From NCBI GenBank assembly GCA_963710375.1, contig CAVPZX010000005.1, positions 352,001 through 416,000 of the forward strand: 64,000 bases of DNA, given 5' to 3'. The notes under the pieces were generated by a model. The model made no database searches. It had not been told where the DNA came from and saw nothing but the letters and a program-made list of their open reading frames with translations. The translations under genes and the position numbers were made by a program. Shown here one piece after another: positions 53,850-64,000 of the stretch; position 1 is the first letter of the stretch, and each line of letters starts with the position of its first letter. Source of the stretch: Nitrospirota bacterium. Lineage in GTDB: Bacteria; Nitrospirota; Thermodesulfovibrionia; Thermodesulfovibrionales; Dissulfurispiraceae.

Positions 53850-54461
53850 TCATTTAACCAAATCACCCATTCTGCTGAACCTCGGGAAGTTTTTTGTGCT
53901 GTCCCATGACCAGTATATAATCATCGCTTTGCCTCTCACAAGTTTGAGATCAACATAGCCCCAGTACCTACTGTCGTAGCTCTGGTCCCTGTTGTCACCC
54001 ATTACGAAAAGCTTGCCACCGGGTACAAGGTAAGGGCCGAAATTGTCTCTCGGTTCAATACTGTTTACGGAATTGTCCGTATGCTGTACATATGGTTCGG
54101 TCAGAGGCTTCCCATTGACAAAAACCACCTTGTTCCTTTCCTCTACGATATCGCCTCCGACGCCGATGACCCTTTTGATGAAGTCTTTGGACAAATCTTC
54201 GGGGTATTCAAATACGATAATATCACCTCTTTCAGGTTTTCTAATTACCAGAATCTTTTTATCAGTAAAAGGAATGGGTGTTCCGTATAAGAATTTGTTC
54301 ACAAGGATATGATCACCTATGAGCAGCGTCTGGATCATGGACCCTGAGGGTATTTTGAATGCCTGCACTATATATGTTCTTATAATCAGCGCAAAGATCA
54401 GCGCGGTGCCGATGGCTTTTGCGTATTCCAAAAATTTGTTCTGTTTCCGTTCCAAAGTCAT
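53850..54461 (-). CDS. lepB: signal peptidase I
   Basis: IPSGSM, FIKRVIG, GDNRDQSYDSR. Confidence 0.96.
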   Translation of the reverse strand: MTLERKQNKFLEYAKAIGTALIFALIIRTYIVQAFKIPSGSMIQTLLIGDHILVNKFLYGTPIPFTDKKILVIRKPERGDIIVFEYPEDLSKDFIKRVIGVGGDIVEERNKVVFVNGKPLTEPYVQHTDNSVNSIEPRDNFGPYLVPGGKLFVMGDNRDQSYDSRYWGYVDLKLVRGKAMIIYWSWDSTKNFPRFSRMGDLVK

Positions 54462-54481
54462 TGCCTCCCGTATAGTTATAT

Positions 54482-54545
54482 TAAGGTTAAGGTTGAGGTT
54501 AAGGTTAAGTCTTTGTCTTTTTGCTTAACCTCAACCTTAACCTTA
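54482..54545. repeat. inverted short-tandem-repeat hairpin, unit AGGTTR; contains lepA stop
   Basis: TAAGGTTAAGGTTGAGGTTAAG ... CTTAACCTCAACCTTAACCTTA. Confidence 0.9.
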
Positions 54546-56333
54546 CTCTTTCACCTTGAGAACAGTCAGGAAGGCTTCCTGGGGGATTTCTACCTTTCCG
54601 ATCTGCTTCATTTTCTTTTTGCCCTCTTTTTGCTTTTCGAGCAGCTTTCTTTTTCTTGTTATGTCGCCGCCATAGCATTTTGCAAGGACATTTTTTCTCA
54701 TTGCCTTGACACTTTCCCGCGCAATTATCTTGCCGCCGATGGCAGCCTGTATGGCGATTTCAAACATCTGCCTCGGGATGACCTGTCTCAGCTTTTCCAC
54801 AATTTGCCTGCCCTTATAATAAGATTTCTCACTGTGGACAATCAAGGAGAGGGCATCCACAGGCTCTCCGTTAAGCAGCACATCCAGCTTTACAAGTTTG
54901 GACGGACGGTAGCCTATGAATTCGTAGTCCATAGATGCGTAACCGCGCGAAACAGACTTTAGACGGTCATAAAAATCCCAGAGGATCTCGTTGAGCGGTA
55001 TCTCGTAGGCAACCATTATACGGTCTTTGCTGATGAAAGTGAATTCCGTCTGAGTGCCTCGTTTTTCCTGGCAGAGTTCCAGTATCTGTCCTATATATTC
55101 CTGCGGCACAAAGACCGAAACTTTTACATACGGTTCTTCTATCTTTTCAAAAGAGTCCGGAAGGCTGCTAGGGTTATCAATAAAAAATTCATCCCCCTTT
55201 ACACCAGTCACTTTGTAGATGACGGTAGGGGCGGTGGTTATCAGCGAAAGCTCAAATTCTCTTTCGAGCCTCTCCTTTATGATCTCCATATGCAGGAGGC
55301 CCAGAAAGCCGCAGCGGAAGCCGAAACCCAGGGCCGAAGAGGTCTCCGGCTCAAATCTGAACGACGAATCGTTCAGCCGCAATTTTTCGAGCGCGTTTTT
55401 CAAATCCTCATACTGTATATTTTCGACCGGGTAGAGACCCGAAAATACCATGGGCTTGATTTCTTTGTACCCTGACAGCGGGGTTTCAGCGGGACGGGCG
55501 GCGTCGGTAATTGTATCTCCTATCTTAGTGTCCCCAACCGTCTTGATGCCGGCAATAATATAACCTACATCACCTGCCGAAAGCTGGGACACAGTCTCCA
55601 TTTTAGGCCGAAAAACTCCGACCTTGTCGATCTCGTACTCTTTGCCCGCAGCCATCAATCTCATCTTCATACCGGGCCGCACTGTTCCGTCGAAGACCCT
55701 GACAAGGACGATCACCCCCTGATAGTTGTCAAACCATGAGTCGAAGATAAGGGCCTTTAGCGGCGCTTCATCGGTGCCTGCGGGAGGAGGGACTTTCCTG
55801 ACAATTGCCTCGAGTATCTCCTTTGTGCCTATGCCCTCCTTTGCGCTTGCGAGGATTGCCTCGGAGCAATCTATTCCTATTGCATTCTCTATCTGTTCCC
55901 TAACTTTCTGCGGTTCAGCACCCGGCAGGTCTATTTTGTTGATCACGGGAATGATTTCATGATTATGTTCGAGGGCGAGATATGTATTGGCAAGGGTTTG
56001 CGCCTCAACTCCCTGTGTGGCGTCTACAACCAACAGGCTTCCTTCGCAGGAAGCGAGGCTTCTGGATACTTCATATGAAAAATCAACATGTCCGGGGGTG
56101 TCGATAAGATTGAGTACATACTCATTGCCATCATCGGCCTTATAGCCGAGCCTTACTGCGTGTGCCTTGATCGTAATACCCCGCTCCCGCTCTAGGTCCA
56201 TTGAATCTAGCACCTGCTCCATCATATCTCTGGAGCTTACGGCTCCCGTATACTCCAGCAGCCTGTCGGCAAGAGTGGATTTTCCGTGGTCGATATGTGC
56301 GATTATAGTAAAATTACGGATGTTTTTTGGCAT
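54543..56333 (-). CDS. lepA: elongation factor 4
   Basis: [38 protein letters not shown]. Confidence 0.98.
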   Translation of the reverse strand: MPKNIRNFTIIAHIDHGKSTLADRLLEYTGAVSSRDMMEQVLDSMDLERERGITIKAHAVRLGYKADDGNEYVLNLIDTPGHVDFSYEVSRSLASCEGSLLVVDATQGVEAQTLANTYLALEHNHEIIPVINKIDLPGAEPQKVREQIENAIGIDCSEAILASAKEGIGTKEILEAIVRKVPPPAGTDEAPLKALIFDSWFDNYQGVIVLVRVFDGTVRPGMKMRLMAAGKEYEIDKVGVFRPKMETVSQLSAGDVGYIIAGIKTVGDTKIGDTITDAARPAETPLSGYKEIKPMVFSGLYPVENIQYEDLKNALEKLRLNDSSFRFEPETSSALGFGFRCGFLGLLHMEIIKERLEREFELSLITTAPTVIYKVTGVKGDEFFIDNPSSLPDSFEKIEEPYVKVSVFVPQEYIGQILELCQEKRGTQTEFTFISKDRIMVAYEIPLNEILWDFYDRLKSVSRGYASMDYEFIGYRPSKLVKLDVLLNGEPVDALSLIVHSEKSYYKGRQIVEKLRQVIPRQMFEIAIQAAIGGKIIARESVKAMRKNVLAKCYGGDITRKRKLLEKQKEGKKKMKQIGKVEIPQEAFLTVLKVKE

Positions 56334-56347
56334 GGCACATTATAAAT

Positions 56348-56433
56348 AATTTTGAATGTTGAATGCTGAATGTTCAACGGAGGATGAAATAATGTATTTT
56401 ATATTTAAATTCCACAGTTCAACATTCAAAATT
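56348..56433. repeat. inverted short-tandem-repeat hairpin, 7-bp unit TTGAATG
   Basis: AATTTTGAATGTTGAATGCTGAATG ... TTCAACATTCAAAATT. Confidence 0.8.
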
Positions 56434-56440
56434 CTTAGCA

Positions 56441-57379
56441 TTATGTTCTGTATTGCTCTAAAACGAGGCGAGCAGCACCGATAAGTCCCGCATCATCTCC
56501 CAGCTTGGAAGCAATAATCTGCACCTTACCGTAAAGTTCCTTTAAAGCCCTTTTCGATGCCTCCTTTATCGCTGATTCTATGTAAATATTCCAGGCGCCC
56601 ATAAGACCTCCGGTAAGAATGATTGCATCAGGGCTCATGATGTTAATGACATTGGCAATGCCGAGGCCGAGGCATTTGCCGGCCTCTCGCAAAACATTTC
56701 TTGCAAGCGGGTCTCCTTCAAGCGCAGCATCATAAATATCCTTGGCCGTAATTTTGTAAACATTACCGTTATTGAAATCTTTTAGAATACTGCTGTGCCC
56801 TTTTTCAAGCTCGGCAATGGTATTGCCGATAATGGCTGTTGCCGAGGCATACAGTTCAAGGCAGCCCACATTGCCGCATGGGCATTGCGGGCCGTCTGCA
56901 TTGATGGTCATATGGCCGATTTCAGCAGCCACAGGCAGCAGCTCGTCATTAAAAACTATACCAGTGCCGACGCCGGTGCCCAGGGTGAACATAACAAAGT
57001 TTTTGAAATCTTTTCCAGCCCCAGAAGATTTCTCACCATAAGCGGCGGCATTGGCATCGTTTTCTACAACAACGAGTGTCTTGTGACGGTCCGCTATTTG
57101 TGATTTCAGATTTGCGCCGTTCAGTTTCGGAATATTCGGCGACCGCATGACAACACCATTTTCTCTGTCGATCAGCCCCGCGACCGCAATGCCTACACCT
57201 GCAACTTCCCCGGCATTGCCGGAATATACTAAATCCAGCAACTTGAAGAGGACCTGTATAGGGTCTTTGCCGATAGACACCTTTGATTTGGTCACTACCG
57301 TCCCCTCGGAATCTATGAGTGCCGCCCTGATATTAGTGCCGCCCAAATCAACACCTATGACATATTTATTATTTGCCAT
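56441..57379 (-). CDS. ROK-family sugar kinase (glucokinase-like)
   Basis: GVDLGGT, ENDANAAA, EIGH, CPCGNVGCLE. Confidence 0.92.
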   Translation of the reverse strand: MANNKYVIGVDLGGTNIRAALIDSEGTVVTKSKVSIGKDPIQVLFKLLDLVYSGNAGEVAGVGIAVAGLIDRENGVVMRSPNIPKLNGANLKSQIADRHKTLVVVENDANAAAYGEKSSGAGKDFKNFVMFTLGTGVGTGIVFNDELLPVAAEIGHMTINADGPQCPCGNVGCLELYASATAIIGNTIAELEKGHSSILKDFNNGNVYKITAKDIYDAALEGDPLARNVLREAGKCLGLGIANVINIMSPDAIILTGGLMGAWNIYIESAIKEASKRALKELYGKVQIIASKLGDDAGLIGAARLVLEQYRT

Positions 57380-57514
57380 TGTCCTCTCTTGCAAAAAAAA
57401 TATTTGAATTTAACGACGCTGATACGCTTACCAGACCTCAAGCCGGTGAGCATAAGGGTTATATCTCTGTGGAACGCTAATGTAATATCACCGTGTGTAT
57501 ATTACCACAAAGAC

Positions 57515-57638
57515 AGGCTAAAGGCAAAAGGCTAAAGGGCAAAAGCTAAAGGATAAATAAGAAAAAAGAACTAAAAATTAGAAGTATGTTTTTCTTTATT
57601 TTTTTCCCCTTAGCCTTTAGCCCTGAGCCTTTTGCCTT
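57515..57638. repeat. inverted short-tandem-repeat hairpin, 7-bp unit AGGCWAA
   Basis: AGGCTAAAGGCAAAAGGCTAAAGGGCAAAAGCTAAAGG ... CCTTAGCCTTTAGCCCTGAGCCTTTTGCCTT. Confidence 0.85.
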
Positions 57639-57657
57639 TTTAATGATATAATCATGG

Positions 57658-58581
57658 ATGGACCTTTACCTGATCGACGGAAACTCCTATTTCCACAGGG
57701 CTTTCCATGCCATAAAAGCGCTTGCGAACTCAAAAGGCGCTCCCACAAACGCCATTTATGGTTTCACCACCATGATACTAAAGATACTCCGGGAGAAAAA
57801 ACCTGATGCCCTGGCAATAGTCTTTGATTCTCCGGTGCCGACCCAACGGCACAAGCTCTACGAGCAATATAAGGCGCATCGGCCCGAAACACCCGGCGAT
57901 CTTATCATTCAGATTCCCCGGATCAAGGAGATCATAAAGGCCTTCAATATTCCAGTTTTCGAAATGCCGGGCTACGAGGCGGACGATGTGATCTGCACAC
58001 TTGCAAGGAAGGCCGCTTCACAGCTGTCCCGCGTATTTATTGTCACCGGTGATAAAGACATGATGCAGGCGGTTGATAGTTTCATTAAAATTTACGATCC
58101 TATGAAAGACGTAGTTATTGACAAGGAATATATAACCGGGCGCTTCGAAATGCCTCCTCAAAATATTGCTGAAATTATGGCACTTACAGGAGATGCTGTC
58201 GATAATATACCTGGAGTAAAGGGCATAGGAGAGAAAACCGCGAAAGGACTTCTCTTGAAGGCAGGGGGGCTGGACAATCTGCTGAGTCATCCCGAAAAGA
58301 TCGACAATGTGCGTCTGAGAAAGCTTATCATCGACAACATCGGGGATATACGGCTTAGCAAGGAGCTTGCAACCATAGATATGGGCCTGCCTGTTGAGGC
58401 GCATCTGGAGGACCTTATGATCAAAGAGCCTGATTGGGCAGCGCTTCTTCACCTGTTTACAGAATTGGAATTCAGAAGCCTTCTAAAGCTCATCCCCTCT
58501 CATGGCTATGCGCCACGCGGAGAATATTTCACGATCACAAGCCGTAAACATCTTAAGGAATTCCTCGGGCTTGCCAGATGA
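57658..58581 (+). CDS. polA: DNA polymerase I 5'-3' exonuclease domain (separate ORF)
   Basis: IDGNSYFHRAFH, YEADD, GDKD, DNIPGVKGIGEKTA. Confidence 0.85.
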   Translation: MDLYLIDGNSYFHRAFHAIKALANSKGAPTNAIYGFTTMILKILREKKPDALAIVFDSPVPTQRHKLYEQYKAHRPETPGDLIIQIPRIKEIIKAFNIPVFEMPGYEADDVICTLARKAASQLSRVFIVTGDKDMMQAVDSFIKIYDPMKDVVIDKEYITGRFEMPPQNIAEIMALTGDAVDNIPGVKGIGEKTAKGLLLKAGGLDNLLSHPEKIDNVRLRKLIIDNIGDIRLSKELATIDMGLPVEAHLEDLMIKEPDWAALLHLFTELEFRSLLKLIPSHGYAPRGEYFTITSRKHLKEFLGLAR

Positions 58582-60371
58582 AACAATGTTCGCTTTTCGG
58601 AGATAGTGTAAATGATTCACAGCAAGAAGTTCACGCGGTAATCGATACCGGCACTATTTCTGAATTATCGTTCGATATTGAGGCGACGGGGAGGGACCCC
58701 CTTAGTGATTCAATTGTAGGAATAGCCCTTTGCAAGGAAAAAGGAAGATCATATTATGTTCCGGTCAGGCACACCGGACCATGCAATGTTCAGGATGCCC
58801 TGTCCATTTTGACGCCTGTACTTGAGGACCCTGCCGTAGCAAAGGTAGGACATAATCTGAAATACGATATGCTGATACTTAGGCAGGAGGGAATTCACGT
58901 GAGAGGAATGCTCTATGATACCATGGTGGCGTCCTACCTGCTGAACCCGATTAAGCCTGACCACAGCCTCCAGGATTCGGCAGTTGAGCACCTCGGGCAC
59001 AAGAAACGCCCGTTTACCGAAGTCCTGGGCAAACGGGCATCGTTTGCAGAGGTCCCCATTGAAGAGGCTACGCAGTATGCTGCCGAAGATGCCGAACTGG
59101 CAATGGAACTGAAAGATATTCTCTTTGACAAGCTGCAAAGTGCCGGACTGCAACGCATCTACTTTGAAATCGAAATGCCGCTTATCTATATACTGACTGA
59201 TATGGAAGAGACCGGAATCAAAATTAATAGAGAACGTACCGAGGAATTATCAAAGGAACTCGACCGTGAGCTGGAGGAGCTGCAGTCAAAGATATATATA
59301 CTTGCCGGCAGCACCTTTAACATAAACTCTCCGCGTCAGCTCGGCAAGGTGCTCTTCGATGACCTCGGGCTGAAGCCGATGAAAAAAACTAAAACCGGCT
59401 TTTCTACAAGTATGGATGTCCTTGAGGAACTCTCAAAGAGCCACGAACTTCCACGAGAAATACTTAATTACAGGTCTTTTTATAAGCTCAAGACAACCTA
59501 TACTGATGCGTTGCCTAAACTTATCAATGCAAGAACCGGCCGGATCCATACCTCTTTTAACCAGACAGTCACTTCAACAGGAAGGCTTAGCAGCAGCGAT
59601 CCCAATCTTCAGAATATTCCCATTCGTGGTGAGTGGGGGACTAAAATCAGAGAGATTTTTATTGCTGACAAAGGTCATATGCTTGTCTCAGCAGACTATT
59701 CCCAGATTGAGTTGCGGATATTGGCACATATGAGTGAAGACGAAAGCCTTATTGACGCTTTTAAAAAAAACATCGACGTTCATACCAGAACAGCCTCGGA
59801 GATATTCGGGGTGCCGCTCGAAGCAGTGACCTCCGACATGAGGAGGGCGGCAAAAGTCGTGAATTTCGGGATCGTGTATGGTATGAGTGCCTATGGCTTA
59901 TCTGACGCACTCTCTATTAGCCCCAAAGAGGCAGCCGTCTACATAGAAAATTATTTTAAAAAGCATGACGGGGTAAAGCGTTTTATGGAACATACTATAC
60001 AGATTGCCAGGCAGAAGGGATACGTCACCACACTTCTGGGCAGAATAAGACCCCTACCTGAAATCACCAGCACCAATGCGGCGATCAGACAGCAGGCAGA
60101 GAGGCTGGCCATTAATACACCTGTTCAGGGCACAGCTGCTGATTTGATTAAAATAGCGATGGTGCGCGTTTCAAAGGCGCTGCAGGCGAGAAATCTTTCA
60201 ACGAAAATGCTGCTGCAGATCCATGACGAGCTTCTTTTTGAAGTGCCGGAAAATGAGATCGACGAAATCCAGGAGTTAATCGCCTTGGAAATGGAGGCTG
60301 CCCTCGATCTTTCGGTCCCACTAAAAGTGGAGTTTGGGCGGGGAAATAACTGGGCGGATGCCCACCATTGA
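58578..60371 (+). CDS. polA: DNA polymerase I 3'-5' exonuclease plus polymerase domains
   Basis: FDIE, GHNLKYD, YAAEDA, DYSQIELR, KVVNFGIVYG, IHDE. Confidence 0.88.
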   Translation: MKQCSLFGDSVNDSQQEVHAVIDTGTISELSFDIEATGRDPLSDSIVGIALCKEKGRSYYVPVRHTGPCNVQDALSILTPVLEDPAVAKVGHNLKYDMLILRQEGIHVRGMLYDTMVASYLLNPIKPDHSLQDSAVEHLGHKKRPFTEVLGKRASFAEVPIEEATQYAAEDAELAMELKDILFDKLQSAGLQRIYFEIEMPLIYILTDMEETGIKINRERTEELSKELDRELEELQSKIYILAGSTFNINSPRQLGKVLFDDLGLKPMKKTKTGFSTSMDVLEELSKSHELPREILNYRSFYKLKTTYTDALPKLINARTGRIHTSFNQTVTSTGRLSSSDPNLQNIPIRGEWGTKIREIFIADKGHMLVSADYSQIELRILAHMSEDESLIDAFKKNIDVHTRTASEIFGVPLEAVTSDMRRAAKVVNFGIVYGMSAYGLSDALSISPKEAAVYIENYFKKHDGVKRFMEHTIQIARQKGYVTTLLGRIRPLPEITSTNAAIRQQAERLAINTPVQGTAADLIKIAMVRVSKALQARNLSTKMLLQIHDELLFEVPENEIDEIQELIALEMEAALDLSVPLKVEFGRGNNWADAHH

Positions 60372-60395
60372 AAATTATATTCTTCCATTTTTCCC

Positions 60396-60424
60396 TTGAC
60401 AAATAAGCATCTTCTTGTTATCGT
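60396..60424 (+). promoter_or_regulatory. sigma-70 promoter of hup
   Basis: TTGACA-17-TATCGT. Confidence 0.6.
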
Positions 60425-60484
60425 GTATACCAGTCTTGAAATTATAAAAAACTTTTTTATTGGGAGAAAGGGGGGAACAAGGAT

Positions 60485-60757
60485 ATGACTAAGGCAGATC
60501 TTATAGACAAAATTGCATCGGGCGCAAGTCTCTCAAAGACTGATGCGGGCAAGGCACTGGATGCAACTGTTGATGCAGTTAAATTAGCTCTCAAAAAAGG
60601 GCACAAAGTGACGCTGGTCGGTTTCGGAACATTTTCAGTTTCAAAAAGAAAAGCGAGAAAGGGCCGCAACCCTAGGACAGGCGCAGAAATCAAGATACCC
60701 GCAGCAAAGGTTCCAAAATTTACTGCTGGAAAGACATTAAAAGACGCTGTGAAGTAA
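60485..60757 (+). CDS. hup: HU DNA-binding protein
   Basis: VGFGTF, GRNPRTG, PKFTAGK. Confidence 0.97.
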   Translation: MTKADLIDKIASGASLSKTDAGKALDATVDAVKLALKKGHKVTLVGFGTFSVSKRKARKGRNPRTGAEIKIPAAKVPKFTAGKTLKDAVK

Positions 60758-60830
60758 ACATTAACGGGGCAAGCGAGAAGTTATAGTTATAAATAGATAT
60801 CCCAATAACTCTTGGTAAACTGTTAGAGAT

Positions 60831-60866
60831 AAGAGGTGAGGAGATCACTCCCCCACCTCTTTTTTA
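60831..60866 (+). terminator. intrinsic terminator
   Basis: AAGAGGTGAGGAG...CCCCCACCTCTT followed by T tract. Confidence 0.65.
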
Positions 60867-60880
60867 TTGCAAATTAAAGG

Positions 60881-60977
60881 CAGGCAAAGGTAAAGGTATA
60901 GGTATAGGTAGAGAAAAAGTCTGATAAAAGCTGTCTTAGTTTTTTTGGATCTATACCTATACCTTTACCTTTGCCTG
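60881..60977. repeat. inverted short-tandem-repeat hairpin, 6-bp unit AGGTAW, 27-bp perfect IR
   Basis: CAGGCAAAGGTAAAGGTATAGGTATAG / CTATACCTATACCTTTACCTTTGCCTG. Confidence 0.92.
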
Positions 60978-60997
60978 TTGTTATACTTCAGGCATAC

Positions 60998-61879
60998 ATG
61001 GACCGTAAGGAAACAACAATACTCGCCGCAGTTGATCTGGGCGCTGATACAGAGAAAGTCCTCTCTTATGCATTATGGTTGTCGCAGGCCCTTGCTGATG
61101 GCAGCGGGGACATCACAATCCTCAACGTCATGGATTATGCCCTCACCCCCCCGTCGTATCTTCTGCCCTATATGGAAAAAGAAGAAGAGGCAACTTGTAT
61201 GGAACTTAAGCAATGGGCTGATCGCCTGAAACAATACGATGGGACCGCGACTGTCAGGCTTGGAGTCGGCATGCTTGTCGAAACATTCAGCAAGACAATG
61301 CATGCTCTTAATGTCACCGCCATGGTGCTCGGGCATAAATCTCATGTGATACGGACAAGCAGTTCAGAGAGGCTCATAAAATCGCTTAACGTGCCGATGC
61401 TGGTTGTTCGGGGCAGGAAAGCGGATAGTGCCGTATTGGGATCGATCGTTATAAAGAATATTTTGTGCGCTGTCGATTTTTCCGTTCATTCAAACAGGGC
61501 GCTTGAGTTTGCGCATGCTATAGCTGAGAAGAATTCATCGGGGCTGCAGGTTGCCCATATTCTTTCCAGCCTCAAGCTGGAAAAGAGTTTTGCCAGTCTC
61601 AGGAATTTGAGCGAAGAGGACAAAAAGAACTATCGGGACCATGCAATTCAGGAGGCTGAGAAAGCTATGTCCTCTCCGGCAAATGTATGCGACGCGGCGG
61701 TGCGCATTATTAAAATAGGTGTCCCCTATAAGGCCGTCAATGAGATTGCTTCGGAGAGAGACTCTGATCTGATTGTCATCGGGGCCCAGGGAGTGTCCTC
61801 CACAAAGGGAGTCCTGCTCGGAAGCATAGCTGAAGCTCTAATCAAATCTTCACCTTGTCCTGTAATGCTCGTTCGCTGA
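60998..61879 (+). CDS. tandem universal stress protein
   Basis: ILAAVD and ILCAVDFS domains; GSIAEALIKSSPCPVMLV. Confidence 0.9.
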   Translation: MDRKETTILAAVDLGADTEKVLSYALWLSQALADGSGDITILNVMDYALTPPSYLLPYMEKEEEATCMELKQWADRLKQYDGTATVRLGVGMLVETFSKTMHALNVTAMVLGHKSHVIRTSSSERLIKSLNVPMLVVRGRKADSAVLGSIVIKNILCAVDFSVHSNRALEFAHAIAEKNSSGLQVAHILSSLKLEKSFASLRNLSEEDKKNYRDHAIQEAEKAMSSPANVCDAAVRIIKIGVPYKAVNEIASERDSDLIVIGAQGVSSTKGVLLGSIAEALIKSSPCPVMLVR

Positions 61880-62925
61880 TGATACAGCCGATCCTGTTTC
61901 TCATTGGCAGCCTTTTTATGATTTTGGTCAGTGCTGAGTTTTTTACCAATGGGGTTGAATCCTTCGGCAGGCGTCTCTCCTTATCACAGGCTGTTGTCGG
62001 AAGCGTTTTGGCCGCAATCGGCACTGCCTTGCCGGAGACAATCCTGCCCCTGGTCGCCATCCTCCTGCACGGCGATAATACTGCAAGGAAGATCGGTGTC
62101 GGTGCAATCCTTGGCGCTCCCTTCATGCTTTCGACGCTCGCCTTTTTTGTTGTAGGGGCGACAGTAGTATTCGGTATGCTCAGAAAAAAAAGAAAATTCG
62201 TGCTTTATGTAGATACCAGTTCTATAAGACGCGACCTCATCTTTTTCATCATCATGTACGGCTCAGCTATCTTTTTGCCACTTCTCGTACCGTACAGTCA
62301 TCTCCTGATTGCAGGATTGCTTGTAACCGGCTATGTGCTGTACGTATACTCGACATTTAAGGCCGAAAGTGCCGAGATACTCCATGCCGATCAGCTGCAT
62401 TTTGAAAAGCTGTTGTCCGACTTTAGGAGGCTCGCAGGTTTGCAACTGCGATCGGCCCGGGCAGAGCCATACAAGACCACTTCTTTGATACTTATTTGCT
62501 TTCAGATAACCGCTTCGCTCAGCGTCATGGTAGGCGGCGCACATATATTTGTCGGGAGTCTCGAAAAACTTTCACTCTCGTGGGGCATGAGTCCCCTGCT
62601 GTTTGCCCTGCTGGTCGCGCCGATTGCCACGGAATTGCCCGAGAAATTCAATAGCGTGACATGGACGCTGAAAGGCAGAGACACGCTTGCCATGGGAAAC
62701 ATAACCGGTGCAATGGTTTTTCAGACAACATTTCCTGTCTCGGTAGGGTTACTGTTTACAGAATGGCATATCTCAGGACTGGCGCTCCTCTCAGCAGTCC
62801 TGGCATTGATATCAGCCTTGATCGTCCTGGTAAATATTCAGATCGGCAAGAAAATCTCACCTGCCGCAATGCTTTTTGGAGGCGTAATTTACACGATCTT
62901 TGCGCTATCCGTATTGTTAAAGTGA
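61879..62925 (+). CDS. sodium:calcium antiporter family protein
   Basis: GTALPE and ATELPE alpha repeats. Confidence 0.88.
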   Translation: MIQPILFLIGSLFMILVSAEFFTNGVESFGRRLSLSQAVVGSVLAAIGTALPETILPLVAILLHGDNTARKIGVGAILGAPFMLSTLAFFVVGATVVFGMLRKKRKFVLYVDTSSIRRDLIFFIIMYGSAIFLPLLVPYSHLLIAGLLVTGYVLYVYSTFKAESAEILHADQLHFEKLLSDFRRLAGLQLRSARAEPYKTTSLILICFQITASLSVMVGGAHIFVGSLEKLSLSWGMSPLLFALLVAPIATELPEKFNSVTWTLKGRDTLAMGNITGAMVFQTTFPVSVGLLFTEWHISGLALLSAVLALISALIVLVNIQIGKKISPAAMLFGGVIYTIFALSVLLK

Positions 62926-63110
62926 CTGCAATTCAGACAGTACGGGGTAATTTTTCTTTGCGAGCGATTAGCCCTCTGTACCAGCCCTGCTGCCTATACG
63001 GAAGATAAACTTTGTTCCAGCTATATATGTTGGGCTCGGCGTTACTCGCCCCTGCAGATAACCCAGGCGCTCGACTGCAGAAAAACAACCCCGTACTGTC
63101 TGAATTGCAG
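62926..63110. mobile_element. 185-bp MITE-like element, 23-bp perfect TIRs, 9-bp target duplication TTAAAGTGA
   Basis: CTGCAATTCAGACAGTACGGGGT ... ACCCCGTACTGTCTGAATTGCAG; TTAAAGTGA at 62917-62925 and 63111-63119. Confidence 0.85.
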
Positions 63111-63144
63111 TTAAAGTGAAGAGTCAGAATTTAGTTTTTATTGA

Positions 63145-64000
63145 CTACTGCTTACTTCTAACTTGATCATTGATGAACTTCTGCAGGTTTTTGCTGTTGT
63201 CGATCGGCTCATAGCATACATCCCCTGCACATGGGATAATGCGGTTATGGTCTTCTTTGTATGCGATGCTCATGTAAGGGGCAAACAGAGATAGGGCAGC
63301 GGCGGCGAGACTGCTCTCCGGTTGGGCCTCCACCGTAAGTTGTAACGTATGAAAATACGCATCGAGCCCGCAAAAGTAATATCCGGCATGGATGCTTAAT
63401 TCGCGCACCTGGGTCGAGAATGCCTCAAGAGCGGTCGCTGCATATTGGCGATATATTGATTTCTCGGTTGCGTAAAATAATTTAAGCAGTTGCATGATTC
63501 CAGCAGCATTAGCTGATGGGTTGGGTATGTCCTCTATCCCCTTAAGTCTTAGACCGAGCACTGCTGTGTCGGAGTCAAAAAATCCACCTTCGGCCTTGTC
63601 CCAGAAGCTCTCCAGACACCGCTCCATAAGTTCATCTGCCCTGCCCATATAATACCTATTGCCGGTTACCTCATATGCGGCGACCAGCGCCTCGATCAAA
63701 TATATGTAATCATCCGGCAGGGCCTTTATTCCATCTGAGTGGAACAGTTCGTTCCCTGATGAACGGATTTGCAGTATTCTGTTCAGGCTTTTTAGCGCAA
63801 AATCTTTAACCTCACCATCTTTAAGCGCACGGTATGCTTTAAAATACGATGTGAGGAGCATGCCGTTCAATGAAGTATAAAGTGTGGTATCTATAAAGGG
63901 TTCTTCCCTTGTTTGGCGTGACTGAAGAAGCTTTTTTTTGCCCACGCTTACCAGCCTGTCAACCCGTTCCTGATCCATTTTGAGAGTACGTGCAATTTCA
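63145..64000 (-). CDS. YyaL/SSP411-like thioredoxin domain-containing protein, C-terminal part (runs off window)
   Basis: PFIDTTLYTSLNG, DDYIYLI, FWDKAEGGFF, PSAN motifs. Confidence 0.8.
   Translation of the reverse strand, partial: EIARTLKMDQERVDRLVSVGKKKLLQSRQTREEPFIDTTLYTSLNGMLLTSYFKAYRALKDGEVKDFALKSLNRILQIRSSGNELFHSDGIKALPDDYIYLIEALVAAYEVTGNRYYMGRADELMERCLESFWDKAEGGFFDSDTAVLGLRLKGIEDIPNPSANAAGIMQLLKLFYATEKSIYRQYAATALEAFSTQVRELSIHAGYYFCGLDAYFHTLQLTVEAQPESSLAAAALSLFAPYMSIAYKEDHNRIIPCAGDVCYEPIDNSKNLQKFINDQVRSKQ

Overview
Bacterial core-genome window; gene content suggests an anaerobic Nitrospirota/Desulfobacterota-like organism (inference). It carries cdsA-uppS, bamD, a gnnA/gnnB-lpxB-waaA-lpxK lipid A operon, nifU/nifS (nifS frameshifted), an ABC efflux operon, a porin plus NrfD/NrfC/multiheme cytochrome cluster, the tuf-rpmG-secE-nusG-rplKAJL-rpoBC cluster, ten tRNAs, a frameshift-riddled RND efflux/mazEF island, ribBA/ribE, lepB/lepA, a split polA and hup. 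The main unexplained signal is a dense family of about 19 hairpins whose two arms are inverted arrays of a 6-8 bp unit. The unit differs between loci but is mirrored within each locus. One copy boxes a four-helix-bundle (IVP/Avd-like) gene, supplying its start and stop codons, and one copy lies in-frame inside a gene. In addition, two MITE-like elements with 9-bp target duplications have unrelated terminal repeats but share an internal ~47-bp core.
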